Source: Eledone cirrhosa (Eukaryota). From it: a DNA stretch of 64,000 nucleotides. The stretch is from contig OZ024740.1 of assembly GCA_964016885.1 (NCBI GenBank), forward strand, positions 442,556,001-442,620,000. Reading direction: 5' to 3'. Numbering within the stretch: the stretch's first letter is position 1; each line of letters begins with the position of its first letter. Below, piece after piece: positions 28,691 to 40,662 of the stretch. A program made the translations under genes and the position numbers. Below the pieces are notes generated by a model that was not told the DNA's origin, did not search any database, and saw only the letters and a list, made by a program, of their open reading frames with translations.

Positions 28691-28791
28691 CGGGCAAAAT
28701 GCTTTGCAGCATTGTGTTACAGCCCTTAAAGTTCTGCCAAGGTCAACTTTGACTTTCATCCATTCAGAAGTCGATGAAATAAAGTACCAGT
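28691..28791 (+). mobile_element. MetaSINE-like fragment
   Basis: GGTCAACTTTGACTTTCATCCATTCAGAAGTCGATGAAATAAAGTACCAG matches the core of the other copies. Confidence 0.7.
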
Positions 28792-28952
28792 GAAATCTTG
28801 CATGCATTAATTTCAACTCTTCTTATTAATAACTCCATTGTTTCTTTCCATGGATTATGTTGAATAATAAACCTCATTTGGTCATTCCATGAGAGTATCT
28901 TGGTCAGCCTATGAACCTTTTAGCCTATGAACTTTTCAATCGACCCTTATAT
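28792..28952. mobile_element. Mariner-like MITE, right part
   Basis: Homologous to 39501-39690. Ends GCCTATGAACTTTTCAATCGACCCT-TA, the reverse complement of an AGGGT..GCTGAAAAGTTCATAGGC-type TIR. Confidence 0.6.
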
Positions 28953-29615
28953 ATAAAATCAGTATGGAAGATTTTTAGATAAAATGAAACTTTAAAAGGA
29001 AGAGATTTGTATCGTAGAACTTGAAGCAGTTTCAGGTGTTTTGATATCAAAAGAGTTAAAGGATAGAGGTGTTGTCCTAAATAGGTTTCCATTGTTTGAA
29101 TATTGTCTAAGTCGTAGCAAGTACCAAACATTGTAGTCCTGGAGAAGTGTAACACACATATACCAATCAAACATATGCAAAAATAACTTCAGAATATATT
29201 ATATGTATAAAAAAAACAATACTAAAGTATTTGATTAAATCTCAAAAGCTCAGAGGCAGCAACAGTAGATCACGTGACCTGTAATATCATACGTTAGCCT
29301 GAACTGTAACTTTATGCTGCAACAGACACGTTCAACAGTCGCTTGGCGATTACACAGTACTCAATATTGGAGGCAAAAACCTGATAAAGACAAATCTTGC
29401 TAAAAATAGTAAACTTCTAAAATGAGTGATGAGCCTCCGAAACGTCAATATAATATAACATAAGATATTATTTACATATTCTCCAAGGTACAATAAAAAC
29501 AAGAAATCTACAAACAAACCTAAAATTGTTTCAATTACATTATGATATTTTCAATAGCATATGCCCTAAAATCTACTATTTACACATATATCCCCATACA
29601 ATGTATGTGAATGAG

Positions 29616-29921
<306 letters not shown>

Positions 29922-29956
29922 TGACGATAGCTAACAAGCTTGAAACTAGTACAGCG
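29922..29956 (+). ncRNA. 5'-truncated hammerhead ribozyme motif
   Basis: (C)TGACGA-T-AGCT-AACA-AGCT-T-GAA-ACTAGT-A-CAGCG: stem II AGCT/AGCT, palindromic stem III ACTAGT, GUA triplet. C3 and the 5' strand of stem I are replaced by (TA)n. Confidence 0.55.
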
Positions 29957-30326
29957 TTCCTTTGTCAGTGTTGAACAAACGAGCAACGGTGGTTGCTAGA
30001 CACTACGGCTTAATACGGGATGTTTGTTTACAAACACACCGAGCATTATAATAAATATTCGGTGAATCCATACGTGCATATATGTGTGCATGTATGTATA
30101 TATATATATACATACTACTGTACGTCGGTATACATATATGTATGTACGTGTACATACTTATATTTAAGTAACAGCCGTACTAAGAGTGGGAAATGAAATA
30201 TCGTTTCATTTTTTCCGTTTATATATATATATATATGTGTGTGTGTGTGAGTATATATATATATATATATTTCGTTTCTGAATTTGTTTAGCAAGATTCT
30301 TTATCTGAAAACGTGTGTTGAAACCG

Positions 30327-30770
30327 ATATTGTTATACTTTGGGAGGCTCATGTTGCCAATAAGAAACACACGCACCAGTCGTTTTCACTCCAATTTATT
30401 ATAAATAAATTAAAAAAAAAAAAAAAATGTTTTTTAAATTAAATTTCCGGTTGGTTGGTTCCACAACCGGACGGTTGTTCATATATTGTCAAAGTTCTTT
30501 CGTCACACATCCAAGATGGCGTAGGACAGAACAAAGGAGAGGCACAAAACAAAGAAAAGAATTCCCAGTCACTGAAGAGGTCACAGAATGTATGACGAAA
30601 GAACTTTGACAATATATGAACAACCGTCCGGTTGTGGAACCAACCAACCAACCGGAAATTTATAAAAAATAAAAATAAATTTAAAAATGAATTTATAATA
30701 AATTGGAGTGAAAGCGACTGGTGCGTGTGTTTCTTATTGGTAACATGACCCTCCCAAAGTATAACAATAT
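30327..30770. mobile_element. Long inverted repeat (arms 30327-30510 / 30588-30770), probable PLE pseudo-LTR fold-back
   Basis: ~183-bp arms are near-perfect reverse complements. An HHR spans the loop and right arm; (TA)n lies on both sides. Confidence 0.85.
30568..30610 (+). ncRNA. Type I hammerhead ribozyme motif
   Basis: GTCA-CTGAAGA-G-GTCACA-GAATG-TATGAC-GAA-AGAACT-T-TGAC: stem I GTCA/TGAC, core CUGANGA...GAAA, stem II GTCA/TGAC, minimal stem III, CUU triplet. Confidence 0.7.
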
Positions 30771-31382
30771 ATATATATATATAGACATTCAGAAACACGC
30801 ATACACACACATACACATATATAAATATATATATATACACATATGTCTGTATACGTTCATATTTTCTCACACACACATGCGCGTATACTCATATATAGTT
30901 ATGTGTATATATGTGTGTGTTTATATGTATGTAAATGTATGTACATATCAATATGTGTGTGTATGATTATCAAAAAGATTATATTTATAGGACATATACA
31001 AGAAAAGTAGCGTAGTTGACGCATATAACCCAGTAGCGTCTTTTGAATATCCCTTAAAACTTTCATATCTCCAAGGTTTAGGGATCCTCTCACATTTCTC
31101 CTATATCTTATTTCTTATTGATAGGATAGCTCTCTCTTCCTCACTCTCTCTCTTTTTCTCTCTCTTTCTCTCTCTCTCTTTTTCTCTCTCTTTCTCTTCC
31201 TCTCTCTCTTTCTCATGCCTCTCTTTCTCCATGTAATGTCCACGCTCTACAATCCTATGTAGAAATGAAGGAAAGAGTGGATGGAGAAGACAAGGTGGAG
31301 GAAGAGAGAGAGAGAAAGAGGGGGGAGAGAGGGAGGGGAAATCGAGAGATAAAGGATTGTAGAATGTGGACATATATATATA

Positions 31383-31820
31383 TCAACGCTTACGTGGACC
31401 GCTCAAAATTCGTTGGATTTTCTGATTGGACTTTCACCTCGAAACTGGATACCAACCCGAAGTACACCTGAACTTCCACCAGGAAACCTTTCGTATCTTT
31501 GAAATTTTCTTTGCTTCTTGCATTTAAATATTCCACGACTCTCTACCACTTTTCCTCTACTACATTCTATTATTCACTCCCACCTTCAATATGCCGAATC
31601 TCATGAATGGACCTATTATCTTTATCTAAAGACATTTTTTCTAATTCCATCCTGCCCGTCCCCTTAATCTATTTTATTTCTCATTCTTTCTTCTGATGAA
31701 GGACTATCGTCCGAAACGTTAAGACCCTCTTCCTGCTATTACAAGCGTTAACCTAATATATACCTTCCATATACTGTACTGATTGTGTTGTTATTTCTGT
31801 TTACCTTTTACATATATATT
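31383..31820 (+). mobile_element. Non-coding PLE pseudo-LTR-like element carrying an HHR
   Basis: Bounded by short TA runs. Pyrimidine-rich body, HHR at 31689, then a T-rich tail, as in PLE terminal repeats. Confidence 0.5.
31689..31724 (+). ncRNA. Minimal type I hammerhead ribozyme motif
   Basis: TCTT-CTGATGA-A-GGAC-TATC-GTCC-GAA-ACGT-T-AAGA: stem I TCTT/AAGA, stem II GGAC/GTCC, palindromic ACGT stem III (dimer type). Confidence 0.8.
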
Positions 31821-31957
31821 TAATAAATGTAATCTGAGTTTTTCGAATATTAATAATAACATTCGATTTGTTTGCAATTATGCAAACAGGCCTCAATTTT
31901 ATAGCCACGTCAGTAGAATGAACCCTTCATTCTTGCTCTTGTGTTGTCATGCGAACA

Positions 31958-32007
31958 GAACTGCAGACACTAATGTTTCTGGGTATCACCCTTCATCAGT
32001 ACAGCTC
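31958..32007 (-). ncRNA. Type I hammerhead ribozyme motif
   Basis: Minus strand GAGCTGTA-CTGATGA-A-GGGT-GAT-ACCC-A-GAA-ACA-TTAG-TGT-C-TGCAGTTC: 8-bp stem I with two G-U pairs, stem III ACA/TGT, canonical GUC triplet. Confidence 0.82.
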
Positions 32008-32042
32008 ACTGCTTACCTGCCACACTTTTTCTTTTATATATG

Positions 32043-32131
<89 letters not shown>

Positions 32132-32235
32132 ATGTGTGTCTGTGATAAAAAGTTTAAGGCAGAATGCCTGAGGGGAGAACTCTATGTATAAAGTGTATCT
32201 GAATAAGGTGAGTGGAAATAAATCTCTAAGCCAGT

Positions 32236-32484
32236 GAGACTATCCTTGCAATTTCAAAACCGAAACTCCCTTTAGATGTGTTTGGTTAGGGATGTGGGCA
32301 AGGGAGTTAACTCCTATACCCTTGCCTGATCCAAATTTGTATATGTGGGTTTACAGACATCGTCCATGTGACTGCAATGTTTTAAAAGCCTCAGATCTGC
32401 CAAATCTAGTTATCTCCCTTGCTTATTTCCATGACCGAACATTTTTAAAGGAAGTTTCGGTTTTGAAATTGCGGGGATAGTCTC
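32236..32484. mobile_element. Fold-back / MITE-like element with ~75-bp imperfect inverted arms
   Basis: GAGACTATCCTTGCAATTTCAAAACCGAAACT...GCAAGGGAGTTAACT pairs with AGTTATCTCCCTTGC...AGTTTCGGTTTTGAAATTGCGGGGATAGTCTC. Confidence 0.75.
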
Positions 32485-32603
32485 GGTTGATTTGTGTTTT
32501 TTTATCCACTCCCGATATTCAGAGAGCGATATTTTGTATGTATGCATCATATACAGAACGCTCCACCCAGGCAGGTTCGCCTCACACTTGACATACTTTA
32601 TAT

Positions 32604-32772
32604 AGTATCGGTAGAGAGTCGGACATGCTTTCCAGCATAGTTACGTCCCTTTACGATCTGAGTTCAAATCCCGCTGAGGTTAACTTTGCCTTTCATCCTT
32701 ACGGGGTCGATAAAATAAAGTACCAGTAATGTACTGGGTAATTGCTGGCCTTGTGCCAAAAGTAGAAACATA
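32604..32772 (+). mobile_element. tRNA-derived SINE, MetaSINE-like
   Basis: B box GAGTTCAAATCC, then GCCTTTCATCCTTACGGGGTCGATAAAATAAAGTACCAG. Near-identical to 39812 and 46597. Confidence 0.85.
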
Positions 32773-33892
32773 TAATATATAAGAAACCAATATTTCTATC
32801 CGTTTCTCTCTATATGTACCTGACCATTGTTAGTGAAGCCAACTTGTAAAGTGAATATGTTTTGCTGAAAAGATCTAATAAAACCGAAACACATCCGCAA
32901 CTTTTATCTAGTTGTCTTATAGACAAGGTCTACACCCGATAATTTTGTCTTAAAATGATTGGCTCAGCCAAAGCTATAGGAGTTATTTCCCTTGCTTACC
33001 CCCGTTACCGAACATTCCATTCAAACCAGTCACTTTTTCAAACATAGTGTATCTAGAACTTTATTATCGAATATATCTTTCCGTTTGTATGAGAGTAGAA
33101 TATGATTCGAGAGGTATTTGGCTGCTAATTTTAGACCGCCTGCCTTGAGCCTCCCTCATTGGTTTATTCTTGACATTACCAACCCATACGCAACACTGAT
33201 TCTGACCACTGCACAACTCACAATCCTTACACGAAGAATAAACGGCAGTTTCAACAATGAGAAAGCTTCGAAATGCATCATCTGAAATACATTAGTAATG
33301 CATTTGACTCTATTCATCGCTACTCATTCACAAATATATTTCTCAGCATATTATAAAAGAAATCCCACAAGTCCCTTGCTAGTAAACTACTCTCAGGGTA
33401 CCAATCTTACGTGGAGTACTATAATAATAATAATAATATATCCAGCATCCTCGATTTTACAAACGGGCTGTCCTTTCACCAATTTCCAGAAACATGATTC
33501 GAAATAACGAAAACAAAATTAATACTTGCCAAAAGTATTCGTACTCAACAAGATGAAATATATAGAACAGGGTTATATATAACATTTACAGAACGGTTGC
33601 AATAAGTTGATAAAGATTAGAACTCCCATAGACAACTAGATTACAGAGGAGAAGAAGATAATTAAATACCGGGGCCTGACCAACCGCTTCCTCTTTGTGT
33701 AGGTCCCCGTCGAAGCCTCTGTTGTACTTGGTCCCTGCACTGTTGATTTCCTCCGTAAAATCCGAAAGACGACAGTGTGTTTGAAAGTTAAGCCCCATGA
33801 GTTGGGCGGCTGTTGCAGCGGATGTCTCTGGTCATTCTCTGTGGTAACACCTTTGCCATTTTGTCTGCGGAGCGCAGGTGAGGCACCACTCA

Positions 33893-36540
33893 GACTGGGG
33901 TGTAGTGTCTGTCTGGGGAAGTGTGACTGGGGTCTAGTGTCTGTCTGGGGAGGTGTAACTGGGGTCTAGTGTCTGTCTGGGGAAGTGTGACTGGGGTGTA
34001 GTGTCTGTCTGGGGAGGTGTGACTGGGGTGTAATGTCTGTCTGGGGGAAGTGTGACTGGGGTGTAGTGTCTGTCTGGGGAGGTGTGACTGGGTGTAGTGT
34101 CTGGGGAGGTGTGACTGGGGTGTAGTTTCTGTCTGGGGAGGTGTGACTGGGGTGTAGTGTCCGTCTGGAGAGGTGTGACTGGGGCGTAGTGTCTGTCTGG
34201 GGAGGTGTGACTGGGGCGTAGTGTCTGTCTGGGGAGGTGTGACTGGGGAGGTGTGACTGGGGTGTAGTGTCTGTCTGGGGAAGTGTGACTGGGGTGTAGT
34301 GTCTGTCTGGGGAGGTGTGACTGGGGCGTAGTGTCTGTCTGGGGTGGTGTGACTGGAGCGTAGTGTCTGTCTGGGGAGGTGTGGCTGGGGAGGTGTGACT
34401 GGGGTGTAGTTTCTGTCTGGGGAGGTGTGACTGGGTTGTAGTGTCTGTCTGGGGAGGTGTGACTGGGTTGTAGTGTCATTCTGGGGAGGTGTGACTAGGG
34501 TGTAGTGTCTGTCTGGGGAGGTGTGACTGGATGTAGTGTCTGTCTGGGAAGGTGTGGCTGGGGTGTAGTGTCTGTCCGGGGAGGTGTAACTGGGGTGTAG
34601 TGTCTGTCTGGGGAAGTGTGACTGGAGTGTAGTGTCTGTCTGGGGAGGCGTGACTGGGGTGTAATGTCTGTCTGGGGAGGTGTGACTGGGTGTAGTGTCT
34701 GGGGAGGTGTGACTGGGGTGTAGTGTCTGTCTGGGGAGGTGTGACTGGGGTGTAGTGTCTGTCTGGGGAGGTGTGACTGGGGTGTAGTGTCTGTCTGGGG
34801 TGGTGTGACTGGGTGTAGTGTCTGGGGAGGTGTGACTGGGGTGTAGTTTCTGTCTGGGGAGGTGTGACTGGGGTGTAGTGTCTGTCTGGGGAGGTGTGAC
34901 TTGGGTGTATTTTCTGTCTGGGGAGGTGTGACTGGGGTGTAGTGTCTTTCTGGGGAGGTGTGACTGGGTGTAGTGTCTGGGGAGGTGTGACTGGGGTGTA
35001 GTTTCTGCCTGGTGAGGTGTGACTGGGGCGTAGTGTCTGTCTGGGGAGGTGTGACTGGGGTGTAGTGTCTGTCTGGGGAGGTGTGACTGGGGTGTAGTGT
35101 CTGTCTGGGGAGGTGTGACTGGGGCGTAGTGTCTGTCTGGGGAGGTGTGACTGGGGTGTAGTGTCTGTCTAGGGAAGTGTGACTGGGGTGTAGTGTCTGT
35201 CTGGGGAAGTGTGACTGGGTTGTAGTGTCTGGGGAGGTGTGACTGGGGTGTAGTTTCTGTCTGGCGAGGTGTGACTGGGGTGTAGTGTCTGTCTGGGGAG
35301 GTGTGACTGGGGTGTAGTGTCTGGGGAGGTGTGACTGGGGTGTAGTTTCTGTCTGGGGAGGTGTGACTGGGGTGTAGTGTCCGTCCGGAGAGGTGTGACT
35401 GGGGTGTAGTGTCTGTCTGGGGAGGTGTGACTGGGGCGTAGTGTCTGTCTGGGGAGGTGTGACTGGGGAGGTGTGACTGGGGCGTAGTCTCTGTCTGGGG
35501 AAGTGTGACTGGAGTGTAGTGTCTGTCTGGGGAGGTGTGACTGGGGTGTAATGTCTGTCTGGGGAGGTGTGACTGGGTGTTGTGTCTGGGGAGGTGTGAC
35601 TGGGGTGTAGTGTCTGTCTGGGGAGGTGTGACTGGGGTGTAGTGTCTGTCTGGGGAGGTGTGACTGGGGTGTAGTGTCTGTCTGGGGAGGTGTGACTGGG
35701 TGTAGTGTCTGGGGAGGTGTGACTGGGGTGTAGTTTCTGTCTGGGGAGGTGTGACTGGGGCGTAGTGTCTGTCTGGGGAGGTGTGACTGGGTTTAGTGTC
35801 TGGAGAGGTGTGACTGGGGTGTAGTTTCTGTCTGGGGAGGTGTGACTGGGGCGTAGTGTCTGTCTGGGGAGGTGTGACTGGGGTGTAGTGTCTGTCTGGG
35901 GAGGTGTGACTGGGGTGTAGTGTCTGTCTGGGGAGGTGTGACTGGGGTGTAGTGTCTGTCTAGGGAAGTGTGACTGGGGTGTAGTGTCTGGGGAGGTGTG
36001 ACTGGGGTGTAGTTTCTGTCTGGCGAGGTGTGACTGGGGTGTAGTGTCTGTCTGGGGAGGTGTGACTGGGGTGTAGTGTCTGTCTGGGGAGGTGTGACTT
36101 GGGTGTTGTTTCTGTCTGGGGAGGTGTGACTGGGATGTAGTGTTTGTCTGGGGAGGTGTGACTGGGGTCTAGTGTCTGTCTGGGGATGTGTGACTGGGGT
36201 GTAGTTTCTGGGGTGGGGGATGTAGTGTCTGTCTGGGGAGGTGTGACTGGTGTGTAGTTTCTGTCTGGGGAGGTGTGACTGGTGTGTAGTGTCTGTCTGG
36301 GGAGGTGTGACTGGTGTGTAGTGTCTGTCTGGGGAGGTGTGACTGGAGTGTAGTGTCTGTCTGGGGAGGTGTGACTGGAGTGTAGTGTCTGTCTGGGGAG
36401 GTGTGACTGGAGTGTAGTGTCTGTCTGGGGAGGTATGACTGGAGTGTAGTGTCTGTCTGGGGATGTGTGACTGGGGTGTAGTTTCTGGGGTGGGGGATGT
36501 AGTGTCTGTCTGGGGAGGTGTGACTGGTGTGTAGTGTCTG
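33893..36540 (+). repeat. 32-bp G-rich minisatellite GGGGTGTAGTGTCTGTCTGGGGAGGTGTGACT (with 27/28-bp variants)
   Basis: Direct tandem reading; the minus-strand ORFs show 32-aa periodicity. Confidence 0.97.
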
Positions 36541-37984
36541 CCTCCCTCTCACTCTTTCTTTACTTCTTTTTTCCTGTTCTTATCCTTTCCTTTAGTATTT
36601 CTTCCCTTTAAATATTGTGTTATGTTTGTTGTAGATTGTTCAAAACAGAGAAATAATAAAACTACAAATAATATATTCATTAAGCTTTATGTCAATTCTT
36701 CAAAATGTCTGTAGATAAATGTAAAACCACAAACAGCGACGGCAGCTTCATTACGCCTAGACTGTGTTGGGATGTACCCCACCAATTGTAATATCATCCT
36801 ACCCACAGCTGCTTAGACAAGATGACATTATAATGAATATTTATTTGTTGAAAGCTTCTACATTTGGTCTAGATTTGTTTTCAACTCGGTATTTCTCCAA
36901 GACACTTCTACATTTCGCCCCCTACGAAAACAGCCTGTCTTATTGAACAAACTTACAGGTTATGGTAATGCCCGCTCCATTTCTTTCAAACATTGCTCCT
37001 CTTAACCAAAGTCAACACAACATTTTCACTAAGGGGGAATAAATTCTTATCTTTGGAAACATACTTCAAGAAACTCCCTGATATTACAACTACTCATCTA
37101 TATCTAACTACTATCAAGGTATTAACAATCGTTAAACGTCTTCTTCAATACAGTATAGTTTTTTTCTGTACACCTGCGTCGTCCACCCTTAACATACCTC
37201 TCACCTCCCCTTCATCAGTCAAAAGAACATTTCTAAACCTTGCTCTAGTGAACCTATTGTATTAAAACCCTGAAATATAATAAGATATCAGATATTTCTT
37301 GGGTGTCTCTATATATATAGCGTAGAAAAACCTGTGTCTGGCGGAATTGAATTTCTCTTCAGGTTCAGTAAATACTCTGTTTAACCACTGGGTCTTCCTG
37401 AAGCTCAAAATAGACCTACAATTAAGTCTAAAACCCACACCTGAGACGCTGATGCTAATATCTTAAACTTCATCACTTTCCTCTCACTCTGTTTACTCTA
37501 TCACTACAAAGAAAGGCCTCTGATTTTCTGAACGAATTATTCGTATATTACATTCACCAAGACCCATATGATATATCCGTCTATTTACTAACCCTCAACT
37601 TTACCTTTTATCACCCTTAAACACAACACTAACCACATTAGCCTCCTCTCTCTCCCAAGAAAGTCAAACCTTTCCTACCCACCCACATTTTTCCAGCAGA
37701 CGTTGATTCTCAAATGTTCAATCTAAACAACAATAATATCGATTCCACCAGTTCCGGGGAGACTGCAAATGTTATGAACTGGGATTTTACCCGTCATCCC
37801 TCTCACCCAAACAAATATACGCAATCTCACAAACCTACTCACATTATACGCGTCTTTATAAATGATTGAATGAAAGCAGACGAAATGCAACATATTCTAT
37901 TTTCATTGTCCCAATTTCAGTTTTTTGGAGCAACACTGCTGACTGTAGTCAACATACAGCAAAATGTATTGCTGTGATACTCAC

Positions 37985-38092
37985 AATCCAATCTGGTGAA
38001 GGCGGGAAGGTGTTTCCGGCGTGAGAACAACTCAGCATCGAAGTAACAACTACCCCAAGTCTTGTAATATGGATGTGCATATTTACCATTGT
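37985..38092 (-). CDS. Candidate exon (or pseudogene piece), ANF-receptor/LIVBP-like domain segment
   Basis: CTAG acceptor, GTGAGT donor, 108 nt, phase-symmetric. Reads NGKYAHPYYKTWGSCYFDAELFSRRKHLPAFTRLD, resembling the 'SWG...LSDKxxYPxFxR' motif. By-eye similarity only. Confidence 0.3.
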
Positions 38093-39169
38093 CTAGTTAA
38101 GCAGATCGATACCTATATATAGGTATACATGCTGTGAAACAAATAGATATAGCTGAAGGTAAGTAGATTGAAGTGTGAATAAAATATGTTGAGAGCTGAT
38201 TAAATGCGTCTAAATGTATTCAGAGATTAGTAAACATAATTAGAATAAATATCGTTTGCTTTTATTCATTCAACTTGTTCCATGTTTCCAGTAAATGTGT
38301 TCCTCTTCCTCTTGTTTGGCAGTGTTAGTAGTACACCATCTTTATATGGAACCGAAATAAATACATTAAATAGATGAAATAGTTAAGCTAACAATAAGAT
38401 CAGTGGGGTTTTGAGATATCATCGGGGAAAAGCGAACAATATTAGGGGCATTTCGAAATTGATATGAAATTAGTATTTGTATGAAGCAGCAGTTCTTTAA
38501 AGACTTTTGGTGAGTCTCTTAGGAAGCATCTAGCATTGTATAACGGCAACAGTTGGTTGAGAGAACGTTTGTAACACGCCGTGCACGTAAAATTATTGAA
38601 GCTTTTTATACCCGTAGGAATAAAGCATTAAGTTGATATGTAAAGGCCATGTGAGGTAGCTCAACAATTGAAGAAACTAGACGTAAAGGAAATCTCTAGA
38701 GATTAACAACCAATATTCTTGTACACTAGTAAATGTCTAATATGTATTTACTGGCTCACACACGCACGTCCACATTCTCATATACAAAATTTCAATTAAT
38801 ATCTTCTCTTTTACATAGATTCAAAGAGACACACTTACGCATGAAAAGCAATATTGAAAAACAAAGCGAAATAACGTTAAGTCGTAAATATAATTGTGGA
38901 ATCATATTAAGACGACTGTACACACTATATAACTAATAAATCATTCTTAAACAAATGGAAAAACGAAATACTATTTCGCACTTTTAGTTAAGCACATAAA
39001 AATAACAATGAAATATAAATACATAAATAAAATGTAAATGAAATGAATTTCATAAAGGTTGTATGGATTTATTTGTATGTTTATTGCGATAAATGATTTC
39101 AAATATAGTCACAAGGTCTGATTTGGAAGGTGCTACAACAGTCGATTTAATCAACTTCACTATATTAAA

Positions 39170-39325
39170 AGGCGGTGAATTGGTGGAGTCGTTATAACAC
39201 TGGATAGAATACTTTCTGGTATTCACTCCCTCTCTCTGACAGCTGAGTTCAAATTCCGCCGAGGTCAATTTTATCTTTCGTCCTTTTGAGGTCGATAAAA
39301 AAGTACCAGTCTCATACTAGGGTTA
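39170..39325 (+). mobile_element. tRNA-derived SINE, MetaSINE-like (diverged)
   Basis: GAGTTCAAATTCCGCCGAGGTCAA...CTTTCGTCCTTTTGAGGTCGATAAAAAAGTACCAG. Confidence 0.8.
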
Positions 39326-39500
39326 ATTCTTCTTATATATCTCTTTCTCACTTCCTCTCTATGACTCGCTTTCTTTCTGTGGAAAAAATAGTTCAGACCT
39401 GGAGAAGAAATGGGCTCCGCCAGATTTAGAGAAATATCCAAGATACATATGTCATAAGGGTGCCCTACGACCCCCTCAGATGTTACTGGTACATACAGAC

Positions 39501-39690
39501 TGGGTAGGCTGAAAAGTTCATAGGCTCACTATGAAGGAATGATGCTAGAGCTGAGAAACCTTGCATGTATTAATTTCAACTTTTTTTTTTTACTAATAAC
39601 TGAATTGTTTCTTTCCAGGGACTACGGTGAAAAATAAATCTCGTTTGGTCATTTCATGAGTGTATCTTGGTCAACCTATGAATGTTTCAA
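39501..39690. mobile_element. Mariner-like MITE
   Basis: GGGTAGGCTGAAAAGTTCATAGG ... CCTATGAATGTTTCA imperfect TIRs. A second copy lies at 28792-28952. Confidence 0.6.
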
Positions 39691-39811
39691 AGCTGGAATA
39701 GTGAAATAAACAATTGACTAATATATTACACTGCAGTTTATGTGAGTTCATTTCTGCTTCTGGTGTTTTGTTGTGTTTCTTCGTAGGATATTATATAATA
39801 TATAATTATAA

Positions 39812-39995
39812 GGGCGGTGGATTGGCAGAGGGCCGGACGCCAATTTTTGCAGCATAGAGTTATGGCCCTTGACGTTCTGAGTTCAAATCCCGCCGAGGTT
39901 AACTTTGCCTTTCATCTTTACGGGGTCGATAAAATAAAGTACCAGTAATACACTGGGATAATTGCTGGCCTTGTGCCTAAAGTAGAAACAATTAA
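39812..39995 (+). mobile_element. tRNA-derived SINE, MetaSINE-like
   Basis: A-box-like TGGCAGAG, B box GAGTTCAAATCC, Meta-like core, tail GCTGGCCTTGTGCCTAAAGTAGAAACA. Confidence 0.87.
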
Positions 39996-40133
39996 TGATT
40001 TAATATATTATTTTAATGAAGAAGTTGGTTATTAAGACAGAATAGGGAAATGTCAGCTTTAGTAGGTTTCTAATTTCAGGAAATAATCTACCAACATTGA
40101 CAGAAGTCTATTTCAAATATAAACATCATCTTA

Positions 40134-40225
40134 ATACGGTGGTACCTCGGTTCTCGAACTTAATTTGTTCCTGAAGGCCGTTCGTCGCTCGAAATGTTCG
40201 TAAGCCAAAACTATTTTTCCTTAAG
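40134..40225 (+). mobile_element. Tigger/pogo-like DNA transposon end fragment
   Basis: TA-CGGTGGTACCTCGGTTCTCGAACTTAATTTGTTCC resembles CAGTGGTACCTCG-type TIRs; no partner TIR seen. Confidence 0.45.
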
Positions 40226-40512
40226 AAATTTTGAAGAGACACAAAGTGAGAGAGAGGCTGTGCGTGAAAGAGAGATAGATATCACCATAGTAACTGACTA
40301 AACAGCAAGTGAGGCTTTACAACAGACACTCCCAGCTTGAAGGAGTGTTTGAGGACTCTGCCCTCACGACCATCTCAGTAATAATAATAAGACAAGATCT
40401 TGACGTGTTTAAGTTCAATCTCCGGTTTCATATCATAGGTCCGGTGACATCCCTTTACTTTCGTTAAAAATCTGATTTGGAAATGAATGAAGGTTCCACC
40501 ATTATCTATACA

Positions 40513-40662
40513 TTCTTCTTCTTCTTCTTCTTCTTCTTCTTCTTCTTCTTCTTCTTCTTCTTCTTCTTCTTCTTCTTCTTCTTCTTCTTCTTCTTCTTCT
40601 TCTTCTTCTTCTTCTTCTTCTTCTTCTTCTTCTTCTTCTTCTTCTTCTTCTTCTTCTTCTTC
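40513..40662 (+). repeat. (TTC)n, probably the (GAA)n tail of a minus-strand retroposon at ~40663-40870
   Basis: Pure trinucleotide run abutting a GC-richer unique block. Confidence 0.85.

Noticed and set aside
29420-29450. GTGATGAGCCTCCGAAACGTCA as a functional HHR
   Set aside because: C3 is mutated and stem II cannot form; kept only as a possible relic.
33934-36552. Mucin-like Pro/Thr/His ORFs
   Set aside because: Translations of a 32-bp unit (not a multiple of 3) with frequent indel variants.
37205-37225. CTGATGA on the minus strand as an HHR core
   Set aside because: No stem II or GAAA follows.
36760-37860. Coding-like composition, possible decayed TE ORF
   Set aside because: Multiple stops in the frames examined and no diagnostic motif recognised.
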